From an uncultured Candidatus Saccharibacteria bacterium (GTDB lineage: Bacteria > Patescibacteriota > Minisyncoccia > Phycocordibacterales > Phycocordibacteraceae): a stretch of DNA of 64,000 nt. Below are positions 39,830 through 47,747 of the stretch, one piece after another (position 1 is the first letter of the stretch; every line of letters starts with the position of its first letter). Position numbers and translations under genes: made by a program. The DNA lies in the NCBI GenBank assembly GCA_964446735.1, contig CAYUQB010000001.1, positions 263,826 through 327,825 of the forward strand. The letters run 5' to 3'. Under the pieces are notes generated by a model that saw only the letters and a program-made list of their open reading frames with translations, searched no databases and was not told the origin of the DNA.

Positions 39830-40018
39830 TTATTTGGCACGTATCCAAACGAAGCCAAGGTATGCACCTATCGCAAGGCCAGTGATAAGTAGAATGGACG
39901 CATACGGAGCAAAAATCTGTGGCCATAGTGCCCCAACGGCGATGCCAATAAAGAGGACGGCCCATTTGAGGAGGCTGATCTGCCACCAGGTGAATGTAGT
40001 GGATTTAAAGATATTCAT
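39830..40018 (-). CDS. Small 2-TM hypothetical protein
   Basis: TATACT 6 nt before ATG (MNIFK...). Confidence 0.7.
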   Translation of the reverse strand: MNIFKSTTFTWWQISLLKWAVLFIGIAVGALWPQIFAPYASILLITGLAIGAYLGFVWIRAK

Positions 40019-40064
40019 GTTCTTAGTATAGCCTCTCGAAAAACTCAAAAAACTTCACTCAAAT

Positions 40065-40094
40065 CAGGCGGTGGCCTAGGACGATGTTAGAACC
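40065..40094 (+). repeat. Cassette-boundary repeat R6
   Basis: caggcggtggcctaggacgatgttagaacc; contains the stop codon of 40087-40557. Confidence 0.7.
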
Positions 40095-40557
40095 TTTTTG
40101 ATCTAAATAGATGCTCTGCCCCAACCACGAGAGTCGCTCCAATCAGATAACCTATCCCGATCAGAACTGGGAGTAGAGGTGGCGGCACCGGAAAGTGCCA
40201 TTCCCACACATGGAGGAAAACATTTGCGAATTCGTACAGAGCGGTAATACACAAAGTTAGAAGGCAAAAGTATAGCGGTTGTCTCCGAAGAAGTAGTATC
40301 GTCGCCGCAAAAATTCCATATGACAAAGCAGCGTTGAGCAGAAGAAATGGCATATCGAATCCAAGAGCATACGTAGTAAGTCCAAGGAGCTTTCCTAATA
40401 TAAGATCGAACGATAAACCGAACGGTATGCCTATAAGAATCCCCTTTGCGAGGACCTGCCACACGCGTGACAGTTTCTTCTCATAAAAAGCGAGTGTAAT
40501 GAATATAAGAAGCTGCACCAACAGCAGTATTCCGAAGTTAATCCATGCTCCCGACAT
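40087..40557 (-). CDS. Hypothetical membrane protein
   Basis: About 5 TM; TATAGT 6 nt before ATG. Confidence 0.7.
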   Translation of the reverse strand: MSGAWINFGILLLVQLLIFITLAFYEKKLSRVWQVLAKGILIGIPFGLSFDLILGKLLGLTTYALGFDMPFLLLNAALSYGIFAATILLLRRQPLYFCLLTLCITALYEFANVFLHVWEWHFPVPPPLLPVLIGIGYLIGATLVVGAEHLFRSKRF

Positions 40558-40581
40558 ATTCGAACTATACCTTGGTACCTT

Positions 40582-40884
40582 CTATTTAGATTTGGATCGT
40601 TTATCGAGCACCCACTGTACTGATTTACTTATTTTCTTATCCTTACGGTGAATACAGCCCACCCAGCAACATGGTCGACGCATTCCCTCGATGAGTTCCG
40701 AAACTACTCTCCTTATATGATCTTTCCGCGTCTCTGGTGTTTTGACCGAAATAGTCCAGCAAATCCATTCGTTCCGTGCAAGTGGGGTGATGTCTTCCCA
40801 CTTGGCGAGTGCCTTTGGTGAAGCGACAAGAGCCTTTTTGAGGTCTGCCGGCACGGTGTGTACGGTTCCCGAAGATACTTTCAT
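40582..40884 (-). CDS. YdeI/OmpD-associated family protein
   Basis: VP.DLKKAL, W..ITPLARNEWICW....K.PETR. Confidence 0.85.
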   Translation of the reverse strand: MKVSSGTVHTVPADLKKALVASPKALAKWEDITPLARNEWICWTISVKTPETRKDHIRRVVSELIEGMRRPCCWVGCIHRKDKKISKSVQWVLDKRSKSK

Positions 40885-40904
40885 AGTGAGAATGGTACCA
40901 AATC

Positions 40905-40933
40905 GAGCTGGTTATCCGGACCTTATTCAAACC
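40905..40933 (+). repeat. Cassette-boundary repeat R5
   Basis: gagctggttatccggaccttattcaaacc; contains the stop codon of 40923-41513. Confidence 0.6.
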
Positions 40934-41513
40934 GGGATCGGACAATCGATTCGAGGTTCTCTTCGGAAGTAAAGAGGTGGGCTGGAATTCCAACACCCTC
41001 TGCGGCTTTCAGGTTCTTCACTTGGTCATCAAAATAGATGCACTCTTTCCCCTCTAGATGATGTTCTTTAAGGATTGAAGACCACGCCCGGCTGTCAGGT
41101 TTTATATACCCGGTCTGCCAAGAGAAGTACACTTTATCGACTGCATCATGAACCCACGGATAGTGCCCGTAATATTCCGCACGCTCTTTAAAATTATTTG
41201 AAAGAATAAACACCTTGATGTCCTTCTCTCGGAGCTCCCTCGCAAAGTCAACCATTCGTTCCGATACCTTCTCTGCCGTAAACCAATAGTTCCAGAATTC
41301 TTGTTCAGAGAACTCTACTCCCCACTCTTTTAGTGCAGGTTCCCAGTATTTAAAGGCATCCCCTGCGTTTGGTTGTCGCACCTTATCCATAATCTCCGAG
41401 AGCTTGGGCAGAAAGCTTGCAGTGGCCACTCCAAAATCAAGCTCAAACCGATCACTCAACTTTTCACTTTGAAGAAAGATCCCGTTGAGATCAAAGATCG
41501 CTGCCTTCAGCAT
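40923..41513 (-). CDS. HAD-IA family hydrolase
   Basis: IFDLNG, ILSNN, KPD, YFDD. Confidence 0.85.
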   Translation of the reverse strand: MLKAAIFDLNGIFLQSEKLSDRFELDFGVATASFLPKLSEIMDKVRQPNAGDAFKYWEPALKEWGVEFSEQEFWNYWFTAEKVSERMVDFARELREKDIKVFILSNNFKERAEYYGHYPWVHDAVDKVYFSWQTGYIKPDSRAWSSILKEHHLEGKECIYFDDQVKNLKAAEGVGIPAHLFTSEENLESIVRSRFE

Positions 41514-41515
41514 AC

Positions 41516-41839
41516 TCAAATGCCGATTTCGATCTTCCAAGGCATCGGGATAATGGAAAGATTTATGAGAGTATCGAAGTCGTGTTCGGTCTTCCATTTC
41601 TGGATTCTAGATTTCACATTTTCCATTAGAGCATCAAGATTCTCGATCTTACTCGCACTGAACTCAACAAAAATTTCAATCGGAGCGACTTTAATCTTTA
41701 TCTCGGAACTATTCGCGTAGACGAAGACATCCTCGATATTGGTGACTTCTGAAACTATGTCACGGACAGCTTGAGATAAGCGAGCCACTTCACTGGCCTC
41801 GATCTTCTCGTTGTCATAATCAATTCTTATGATGGGCAT
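41516..41839 (-). CDS. Hypothetical protein, possibly tautomerase-like (Pro-1)
   Basis: Starts MPIIRIDY; about 105 aa beta-alpha-beta pattern. Confidence 0.6.
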   Translation of the reverse strand: MPIIRIDYDNEKIEASEVARLSQAVRDIVSEVTNIEDVFVYANSSEIKIKVAPIEIFVEFSASKIENLDALMENVKSRIQKWKTEHDFDTLINLSIIPMPWKIEIGI

Positions 41840-41872
41840 AACTGACAGGTTATCAGAAGCAACCGAAAAGAC

Positions 41873-41902
41873 GAGCTGCGGGCGTTGAGCGGGGTTTGAA
41901 CC
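41873..41902 (+). repeat. Cassette-boundary repeat R4
   Basis: gagctgcgggcgttgagcggggtttgaacc; shares gctgcggg and gaaccta with the tRNA-Gln 3' end. Confidence 0.7.
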
Positions 41903-41912
41903 TACTTGTGCG

Positions 41913-42311
41913 CTATTTCTTAAGAACGGCGGTTACTTCGATTTCTATCTTCGCCCCCTTGCGGGTCATCCCACTTACCTCAACCAACGTACTTACTGGT
42001 TTACTTTTCTGAAACCATTTATCTCTGATGGCCGTGACCTTGGGAAAGTCTTGTATGTCAGTTAAGAATACCTGCGCTTTTACTACATCATCAATAGAGG
42101 CACCAGACGCCTTTAAGCTTCTTTCAATGGCCTGAAAGACAAGTTCAGTCTGCTGCTCAATGTCATCTGTTATCGCCTCGTTGTTTTCATCCTTATCAGC
42201 CTGTTGACCTGATACGTAAATCAAATAAGAGGTTCCTAGATCGATCTTTTTTGCTGGTGTGTAGACACCACGTGTCTCCTGCCAGCCGTCTGGGTAAATG
42301 TCCTCAATCAT
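41913..42311 (-). CDS. RidA family protein
   Basis: YTPA, IYVSGQ, EQQT..VF, GAS.DDVVK..VFLTD, P.STLVEV, IEIE. Confidence 0.9.
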   Translation of the reverse strand: MIEDIYPDGWQETRGVYTPAKKIDLGTSYLIYVSGQQADKDENNEAITDDIEQQTELVFQAIERSLKASGASIDDVVKAQVFLTDIQDFPKVTAIRDKWFQKSKPVSTLVEVSGMTRKGAKIEIEVTAVLKK

Positions 42312-42384
42312 TGAGAGAAGTGTACCAAAGTTCTAACATTCAATACCCTCACCAATAGAATCTCGTACCTAAGAGCTTATTTCA

Positions 42385-42413
42385 ATACTGGGAGTCTGGC
42401 GCGACGCTGAACC
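42385..42413 (+). repeat. Cassette-boundary repeat R3
   Basis: atactgggagtctggcgcgacgctgaacc; close match to R1. Confidence 0.75.
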
Positions 42414-42433
42414 TTTATGCTCCGTACAGATAT

Positions 42434-42841
42434 CTAATTATCTAGGTCGTCGGTCGTTACTCCATCAAAATGCTCGGTATCTTTCTCGGCCTCATCTTTC
42501 GTTGCATGCACTGTCGCATCCTTGTGGTGAGGCGGCGCGTAAAGTGTATAGAGCTTCAAGGCATCGCTTCCTGAAGTGTTCTTGATGTTATGGCGAACAC
42601 CTGCAGGAATCACAATAACTGAGCCGTCGGTCAAGTCGCGCTCGACGCCGTCCAAGATGCTCTGTCCCTCCCCTTCCTCGACACGTATGAACTGGTCGAC
42701 ATCATGAACCTCCTCACCAATATCCGTCCCTGCAGGTAGCGACATCAAGACAAGCTGGCAGTTCTTAGCGGTATATAGAACGCGACGGAAATCTTCATTC
42801 TCAAGCGTTTGTTGTTCTATGTTTGTGACAAATCCTTTCAT
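42434..42841 (-). CDS. Cupin domain protein
   Basis: NEDFRRVLYT, QLVLMSL, IGEEVH.VDQF, IPAGVRHN, LKLYTLYAPPHH. Confidence 0.9.
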   Translation of the reverse strand: MKGFVTNIEQQTLENEDFRRVLYTAKNCQLVLMSLPAGTDIGEEVHDVDQFIRVEEGEGQSILDGVERDLTDGSVIVIPAGVRHNIKNTSGSDALKLYTLYAPPHHKDATVHATKDEAEKDTEHFDGVTTDDLDN

Positions 42842-42858
42842 ATTTTAAGTATACCTTT

Positions 42859-42888
42859 TGGCTGGCCGTCTGGGACGTTATTGGAACC
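42859..42888 (+). repeat. Cassette-boundary repeat R2
   Basis: tggctggccgtctgggacgttattggaacc. Confidence 0.75.
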
Positions 42889-42903
42889 TTTCTCGGAGGT
42901 CTT

Positions 42904-43830
42904 TTATAGTTCGAGTTTGCGATTTACCGACCTTTGTCTTGGGATGTGCTCGTGAATAAGCGTTATCTGATAACTCTCATTCATCCAAGCGTTGTAAACG
43001 GGATTCAGTGTCTGATGAATCAACAAATCAACCTTGAGGGTATCCCCTGTACCAAACCGGAATTCGCCTTGCTCAACTTTTTCGAGGAAACCAACATCGG
43101 TGATGTTTGCACTAATTCGATTACCTCCCCAAATGAACTCCCAGCGTCTAGTTGTGCTTTTCTCAAGAACAGGCTTAACGATAGCTATGATTTGATTCTC
43201 TTTAACTTCCTTCTTCCTGTTTTCAGAGTTCACTTCTACCTTTTGAGCAAGTGCAGAGAAATTATCCTTATCTATTGAGAATGAATCTTGAGGCGAGGTC
43301 AGTGTCAGACCTTCGACTGCAGGGTCTTCATCAAGCACCCTGAACTGGTCGGAGATGATGTCATTAATGGGCTGGCTTGTGTTGTAGATGTTGTAAACAA
43401 CGTTCGGACAGACGTATATATCGCCAGTAGAGGTCTTTATTGTGGTACTTCCACCCTCATCGCTTACGCTCTCTACATCAGTTTTATTTTTGTCCTTAAA
43501 CCAGGTTCTCAACTTCACTAGCCCAGTGTAGGTTTTAACAATTGTACCCATTACTAATACTCCCCCTCCAGCTACACCGCTTGCCGTCGCAATTGCACTT
43601 AACAAGTCATTGCTATTGATTGCGGCGACAATTGCATGAACTTCAAAACTACCGGGGCTTAAGGCTTCGATTTTTATTTCGACGTTCTTACCTGTATTTA
43701 ATTCGGAGCTAATTTCTTTTAAAGCCTCGGAAAGTATCAAGAGTGAGCTAGTGAGCGTATTAACATCAACCTGATGTGTCTGGCCTTCAAATTTAATCTT
43801 GAGTTTTTCTTCGTCGAAGACTTCGTCCAT
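42904..43830 (-). CDS. Hypothetical AT-rich protein (308 aa)
   Basis: Long ORF; TATAAT 6 nt before ATG; flanked by R1 and R2. Confidence 0.8.
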   Translation of the reverse strand: MDEVFDEEKLKIKFEGQTHQVDVNTLTSSLLILSEALKEISSELNTGKNVEIKIEALSPGSFEVHAIVAAINSNDLLSAIATASGVAGGGVLVMGTIVKTYTGLVKLRTWFKDKNKTDVESVSDEGGSTTIKTSTGDIYVCPNVVYNIYNTSQPINDIISDQFRVLDEDPAVEGLTLTSPQDSFSIDKDNFSALAQKVEVNSENRKKEVKENQIIAIVKPVLEKSTTRRWEFIWGGNRISANITDVGFLEKVEQGEFRFGTGDTLKVDLLIHQTLNPVYNAWMNESYQITLIHEHIPRQRSVNRKLEL

Positions 43831-43912
43831 GAATTCATTATATCTGTATAAACTTTCACCACGTGCACAAAACACATCCTTCCAGAACTCATCTTCTGTG
43901 GCTTAATTTCGC

Positions 43913-43942
43913 GAGCTGGGAGTGTGGTACGACGTTGGAACC
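43913..43942 (+). repeat. Cassette-boundary repeat R1
   Basis: gagctgggagtgtggtacgacgttggaacc. Confidence 0.75.
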
Positions 43943-43949
43943 GCTGCGG

Positions 43950-43978
43950 TTGACAAAAAGAGATAAATAGAGTATAAG
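43950..43978 (+). promoter_or_regulatory. Sigma70 promoter TTGACA-17-TATAAG
   Basis: ttgaca aaaagagataaatagag tataag, upstream of the lipoprotein gene. Confidence 0.75.
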
Positions 43979-44030
43979 TGCACACAGCGCCGGCTATCCG
44001 GAAGCACAACCACAACTGAAAGGGTTACCA

Positions 44031-44432
44031 ATGCGCTTCGTCACTCTTGCGCTTGTTGCATGCATGCTTTCGGCCTGCGGCGGCAAGCCGGAGCCGCTCA
44101 CGGCCGAGCAAGCCGTGATCAAACAGAAGCTCGAAACGGCACCTACCCGCAGCATCCTGATCTTCCATGATAAGGAGGGTCGGACCGACATGGATGCGGC
44201 GTGGGGCATGATCTGCTCGCGGGGAGCCGACGGTACACTTCTCGTGAGCCACGTCGACTACTCCGGTGTCTGGATGTGCAACAATTTTTCACCGACCGGG
44301 AGGCCGATGTCGGCTCACGATCTGGCCAGCCAGCTCACGCGGGTCATCGAGCCGAACGATCCGGCCTACGAGGGCCGCGTCGAAGACCTGATGTCCACGA
44401 TGATGGGCGTGCCGCGCGACAACCGCCGGTAA
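44031..44432 (+). CDS. Hypothetical lipoprotein
   Basis: Lipobox LSAC after a hydrophobic stretch; own promoter; hairpin 44446-44487 downstream. Confidence 0.75.
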   Translation: MRFVTLALVACMLSACGGKPEPLTAEQAVIKQKLETAPTRSILIFHDKEGRTDMDAAWGMICSRGADGTLLVSHVDYSGVWMCNNFSPTGRPMSAHDLASQLTRVIEPNDPAYEGRVEDLMSTMMGVPRDNRR

Positions 44433-44500
44433 GCTCAATCGTCCGCACCCCCAGCACGGAAGCGCCCTCGGCTTTCTGTCGGGGGTGTTTCTGTTTATTG

Positions 44501-44571
44501 CTGCGGGACTAGGACTCGAACCTAGATAACAACATCCAGAGTGTTGCGTCCTACCATTAGACGATCCCGCA
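44501..44571 (-). tRNA. tRNA-Gln(CTG), CCA not encoded
   Basis: TGCGGGA/TCCCGCA acceptor stem, CAACA-CTCTGGA-TGTTG anticodon arm, GGTTCGAGTCC T-arm. Confidence 0.95.
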
Positions 44572-44637
44572 ATACCGAAGCGGCTTACGCCGCTTGGTAG
44601 ATGCACGATACTGGAAAACCAGGGTTTCTTCAACCAG

Positions 44638-45075
44638 TTACGGCCAATATGCAAGGATCTTGCCCATTATGATGAGCGAGACCAAATAATAGCCGGCAGT
44701 AATGAACCACCACTTCCAACTCTTGTTTTCCCACAGTACTCCCCCTATAGAGACCGGTACGACATACCCGAGCCAGTTCCAGAACCCTGCCTGAACGCCT
44801 GACCATGGACCTGACGTGCCGAGATACGTATTAGCGAAGAGTAGAGAATGCGCAAGCACGTAGGACATGATGAGGGCGGTCACCATCATGACGAGATAAC
44901 TCCTCATCATCTTTCCTTTCATCTTGGGGTCCTGTTTCCACGCTTCTGCTTGTTCTGGCGTGATATTCATCGATTTCATCCATGCCTTGCCGAACAGAGG
45001 ACCGAACCAGAGGAACCCCAGTACGATAGCGGCCGCAGCCGCTCCCACTACTGCAATAAGATTAATAGGCACCAT
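44638..45075 (-). CDS. DUF1761 membrane protein
   Basis: LGFLWFGPLFGKAWM, GFWNWLG, ITAGYYL. Confidence 0.85.
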   Translation of the reverse strand: MVPINLIAVVGAAAAAIVLGFLWFGPLFGKAWMKSMNITPEQAEAWKQDPKMKGKMMRSYLVMMVTALIMSYVLAHSLLFANTYLGTSGPWSGVQAGFWNWLGYVVPVSIGGVLWENKSWKWWFITAGYYLVSLIIMGKILAYWP

Positions 45076-45108
45076 AACATTAGATTACCTGATACCTCAT
45101 TAGTATAG

Positions 45109-45136
45109 GACCAGCCGCCCGTGCGGGCGGCTGGTC
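45109..45136 (-). terminator. Hairpin after the coiled-coil gene
   Basis: GACCAGCCGCCCG-tg-CGGGCGGCTGGTC. Confidence 0.65.
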
Positions 45137-45157
45137 TGTGCACATGGAGAATATGAT

Positions 45158-46093
45158 TTACGGTGTCGTAGGAGTGGTTGAGGCCTTTACTTCTCCCTTC
45201 CCTTTCACAACTGAGTAGATTCGGGCAACACTGTGACGTGCGGCAGCGAGATCCTGGTGGGCGGCAGCGAGCTTCTTACGAGCTTCCGTAAGGGCAGCCT
45301 TGTTTGCCTCCATAACGGTCTTGTCACCCCCATCGGGCTTCAGGTTTGCCGTGAGTGAGACTGCTGCATCTGCGTTAGTCTTGGCACTCGCAAGCTTCGT
45401 CTTTAGATCGGTCATAGCGCTTACTGCAACCGATACATTCACCCCTGCTGACTGGGCAGCAGTAATACGTTCCTGAAGTTTATCGGCCAGCTGGGTGAGC
45501 TGGGTAACCACTGCATTGATGCGGGATGCTGCAGCTGCAATACGCGCCTGCGGCTCAATCAGCCCAAAGACACGATGATCCTGGGTGATGGACTTGATGT
45601 CTGCCTTCAAGGTAGTGGTTGCAGTATCTGTTGCAACCTTCGCTTTAAGCTCAGTGAGCGACTGAATCTCGGCATTCAGGGTCGCGGTGAGCGATGCGAG
45701 CTGATCTGGGGTAAGAAGCTTGATCTTTCCAAGACGTGCGATCAATTCCTGGAGACTCTTAATGCGACGGTCGATTGCATCACCAGCCTTCTCGATACCT
45801 TTTTCAATACGCTTTTCGGTGGTGGAAGCACGCTGCATAGGTACCTTGTCCTCTCGGTCCTCGGTCATCGATGCTTTCCAGGCCTCACGGCGGTCTTTAT
45901 CAACGCGAGAGGTGGTAGAACCCAATTTGAATGGGAAATTCAAGAATGCGGGACGCTTTACGGGTTCAGTCCGTACTTCCGTTTCGGCCGAAGCCTCAAC
46001 CTGAACCTGTCCATCCTCTGCAAGAGCCGGATTGGCTGATGCGAGCATGAACACGAGCGCGAGTGCTGACGTGGTGATCAGTGCTTTATTCAT
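45158..46093 (-). CDS. Secreted coiled-coil hypothetical protein
   Basis: Signal peptide ending ALA; Ala/Lys-rich heptads. Confidence 0.8.
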   Translation of the reverse strand: MNKALITTSALALVFMLASANPALAEDGQVQVEASAETEVRTEPVKRPAFLNFPFKLGSTTSRVDKDRREAWKASMTEDREDKVPMQRASTTEKRIEKGIEKAGDAIDRRIKSLQELIARLGKIKLLTPDQLASLTATLNAEIQSLTELKAKVATDTATTTLKADIKSITQDHRVFGLIEPQARIAAAASRINAVVTQLTQLADKLQERITAAQSAGVNVSVAVSAMTDLKTKLASAKTNADAAVSLTANLKPDGGDKTVMEANKAALTEARKKLAAAHQDLAAARHSVARIYSVVKGKGEVKASTTPTTP

Positions 46094-46104
46094 AGATTAT
46101 AAGA

Positions 46105-46362
46105 TTATTGTGAGACTGCCGCGTTCACACTGTCATTTGCACTTGCGTTGTCATCACTGACTGCGTCAAGCTGCGCATCAATGGAGGCAAGATCCTCATC
46201 GATGGCAGTATCGGAAGAATCAGAACCGGTCGGAAGTGTGGTTACTTCCGGATTTTCGGGAGCGGGGGCACTGGAACGCATAACGTTCCAGTAGTAGAAG
46301 CCTCCCAAGAGGACAACTGCCACAACCGCTATCGCAAGCACAATTTTCGATGTCTGTGACAT
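46105..46362 (-). CDS. Small single-TM protein with acidic tail
   Basis: N-terminal TM helix, co-oriented with the downstream gene. Confidence 0.7.
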   Translation of the reverse strand: MSQTSKIVLAIAVVAVVLLGGFYYWNVMRSSAPAPENPEVTTLPTGSDSSDTAIDEDLASIDAQLDAVSDDNASANDSVNAAVSQ

Positions 46363-46487
46363 AAGGTGGTGCTAGGTAAGAAAGACCTACTGCTTACTAA
46401 TGACGTTGTAAGTATAACGTTCTTTCAGCCCTAGAAATGGGGCTTGTGTATAGCCAAGTCATGCTATGCTGCATGTACAAACGAATA

Positions 46488-46582
46488 CCGTATCAAGAGT
46501 GCGGCGAGGGAATTGGCCCTGTGACCCGTCAGCAACCATTTCTTAGGAAAACGGTGCTTCCAACCCCGTCGGGGAACGATGC
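46488..46582 (+). ncRNA. SAM-I riboswitch aptamer
   Basis: gtATCAAGAG..GAGGGA..GGCCC..GA..CAGCAACC..CGGTGCT..cccc-gtc-gggg-AACGATgc, directly upstream of metK. Confidence 0.88.
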
Positions 46583-46587
46583 TTTTG

Positions 46588-46624
46588 CGAAAGGCCTCCT
46601 TCTCGAAGGGAGGCCTTTCGTTTG
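46588..46624 (+). terminator. Riboswitch expression-platform terminator
   Basis: CGAAAGGCCTCCTTC-tc-GAAGGGAGGCCTTTCG-TTT. Confidence 0.8.
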
Positions 46625-46644
46625 GTCTAACCAATCAAACCAGC

Positions 46645-47700
46645 ATGCTGCACTTACTTTCCACTTATACAACCGAAAGCGTGACCCGAGGCCATCCTGA
46701 TAAGGTGTGCGACCAGATGTCTGACGCGATACTTGATGCCTGCCTTACGCAGGATCCCACGTCGCGCGTTGCGGTCGAAACCTTTGGCAGCCACGGTACG
46801 CTCATGATCGGCGGCGAGGTAACCACAACCGCTGCGCCCGACTATGCTGCCATTGCCGAGCAAGTGTACCGCGACATTGGCTACGAAGAACCGCTTGATG
46901 TCCTTGCGCGCGTTGTCACCCAGTCACCCGATATCGCTATGGGAGTTGATACTGGTGGTGCAGGTGACCAAGGCATCATGTACGGCTACGCAACCGACGA
47001 GACGCCGGAATTCCTTCCGCTTGGTGTTGTGCTCTCGCACGCACTTGCACGCAAGCTCGAGGACCTGCGTACGTCCGGTACCCTTCCCTATCTGCGTCCA
47101 GACGGAAAAACGCAGGTGACCATTAGGGACGGAAAAGTCATCACCGCGCTCACCTCTACACAGCATGCGGAAGAGGCCGAGCTCGAACAAATTCGAGCAG
47201 ATCTTACCAAGGAACTCTTCGGTTCAGTTCTTGGCGACCTGTCGGGTATCGAGCTTCTCGTGAACCCAACCGGACGCTTCGTCCAGGGCGGATTTGCCGC
47301 TGATGCAGGCCTTACGGGCCGCAAGCTCATGGTCGATACCTACGGTGGTCTCATGCCTCATGGTGGAGGCGCCTTCAGTGGAAAAGACTCGACCAAAGTA
47401 GACCGCTCTGCCGCATACATGTGCCGCTTTGTCGCAAAGAATCTGGTGGCTGGCGGGTACGGTAAGAAGGTACTGGTCTCAGTCGCATACGCGATTGGTC
47501 GCGTCGATCCGGTCATGGTGGAAGCATATGACGATACCGGAAAGAATCTGACTGATATCGTGAACCGGAACTTCGATTTCCGTCCACGTGCCATCATCGA
47601 ACGCTTGGGCCTCACCCGTCCTATATTCCGCGATACGGCGGCATATGGACACTTTGGTGTTGCCGGACGTCCGTGGGAAGAGATCGTTACGCTCTCCTAA
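46645..47700 (+). CDS. metK: S-adenosylmethionine synthetase
   Basis: ESVT.GHPDK.CDQ.SD, GAGDQG, PDGKTQVT, GLTGRK, GGGAFSGKD.TKVDRS, YGHFG. Confidence 0.96.
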   Translation: MLHLLSTYTTESVTRGHPDKVCDQMSDAILDACLTQDPTSRVAVETFGSHGTLMIGGEVTTTAAPDYAAIAEQVYRDIGYEEPLDVLARVVTQSPDIAMGVDTGGAGDQGIMYGYATDETPEFLPLGVVLSHALARKLEDLRTSGTLPYLRPDGKTQVTIRDGKVITALTSTQHAEEAELEQIRADLTKELFGSVLGDLSGIELLVNPTGRFVQGGFAADAGLTGRKLMVDTYGGLMPHGGGAFSGKDSTKVDRSAAYMCRFVAKNLVAGGYGKKVLVSVAYAIGRVDPVMVEAYDDTGKNLTDIVNRNFDFRPRAIIERLGLTRPIFRDTAAYGHFGVAGRPWEEIVTLS

Positions 47701-47711
47701 ACAGGGAGCTG

Positions 47712-47747
47712 AAGAAAAAGACCTGGCAGAAGCCAGGTCTTTTTCTT
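47712..47747. terminator. Bidirectional terminator metK/pyrG
   Basis: AAGAAAAAGACCTGGC-agaa-GCCAGGTCTTTTTCTT. Confidence 0.85.

Noticed and set aside
40540-40566. Additional boundary repeat (ccgacatattcgaact) at the start of 40087-40557
   Set aside because: Only the 3' half resembles the consensus and it overlaps a start codon and -10 box; cannot be distinguished from chance.
40065-43942. Classical integron attC array
   Set aside because: Some repeats contain GTTRR-like cores and overlap stop codons, but they are only ~30 bp, lack the paired R''/L''/L'/R' inverted structure, and no intI is in the window.
40065-43942. CRISPR array
   Set aside because: Repeats are degenerate and separated by 0.5-1 kb of genes; no cas genes; no regular repeat-spacer array seen anywhere in the window.
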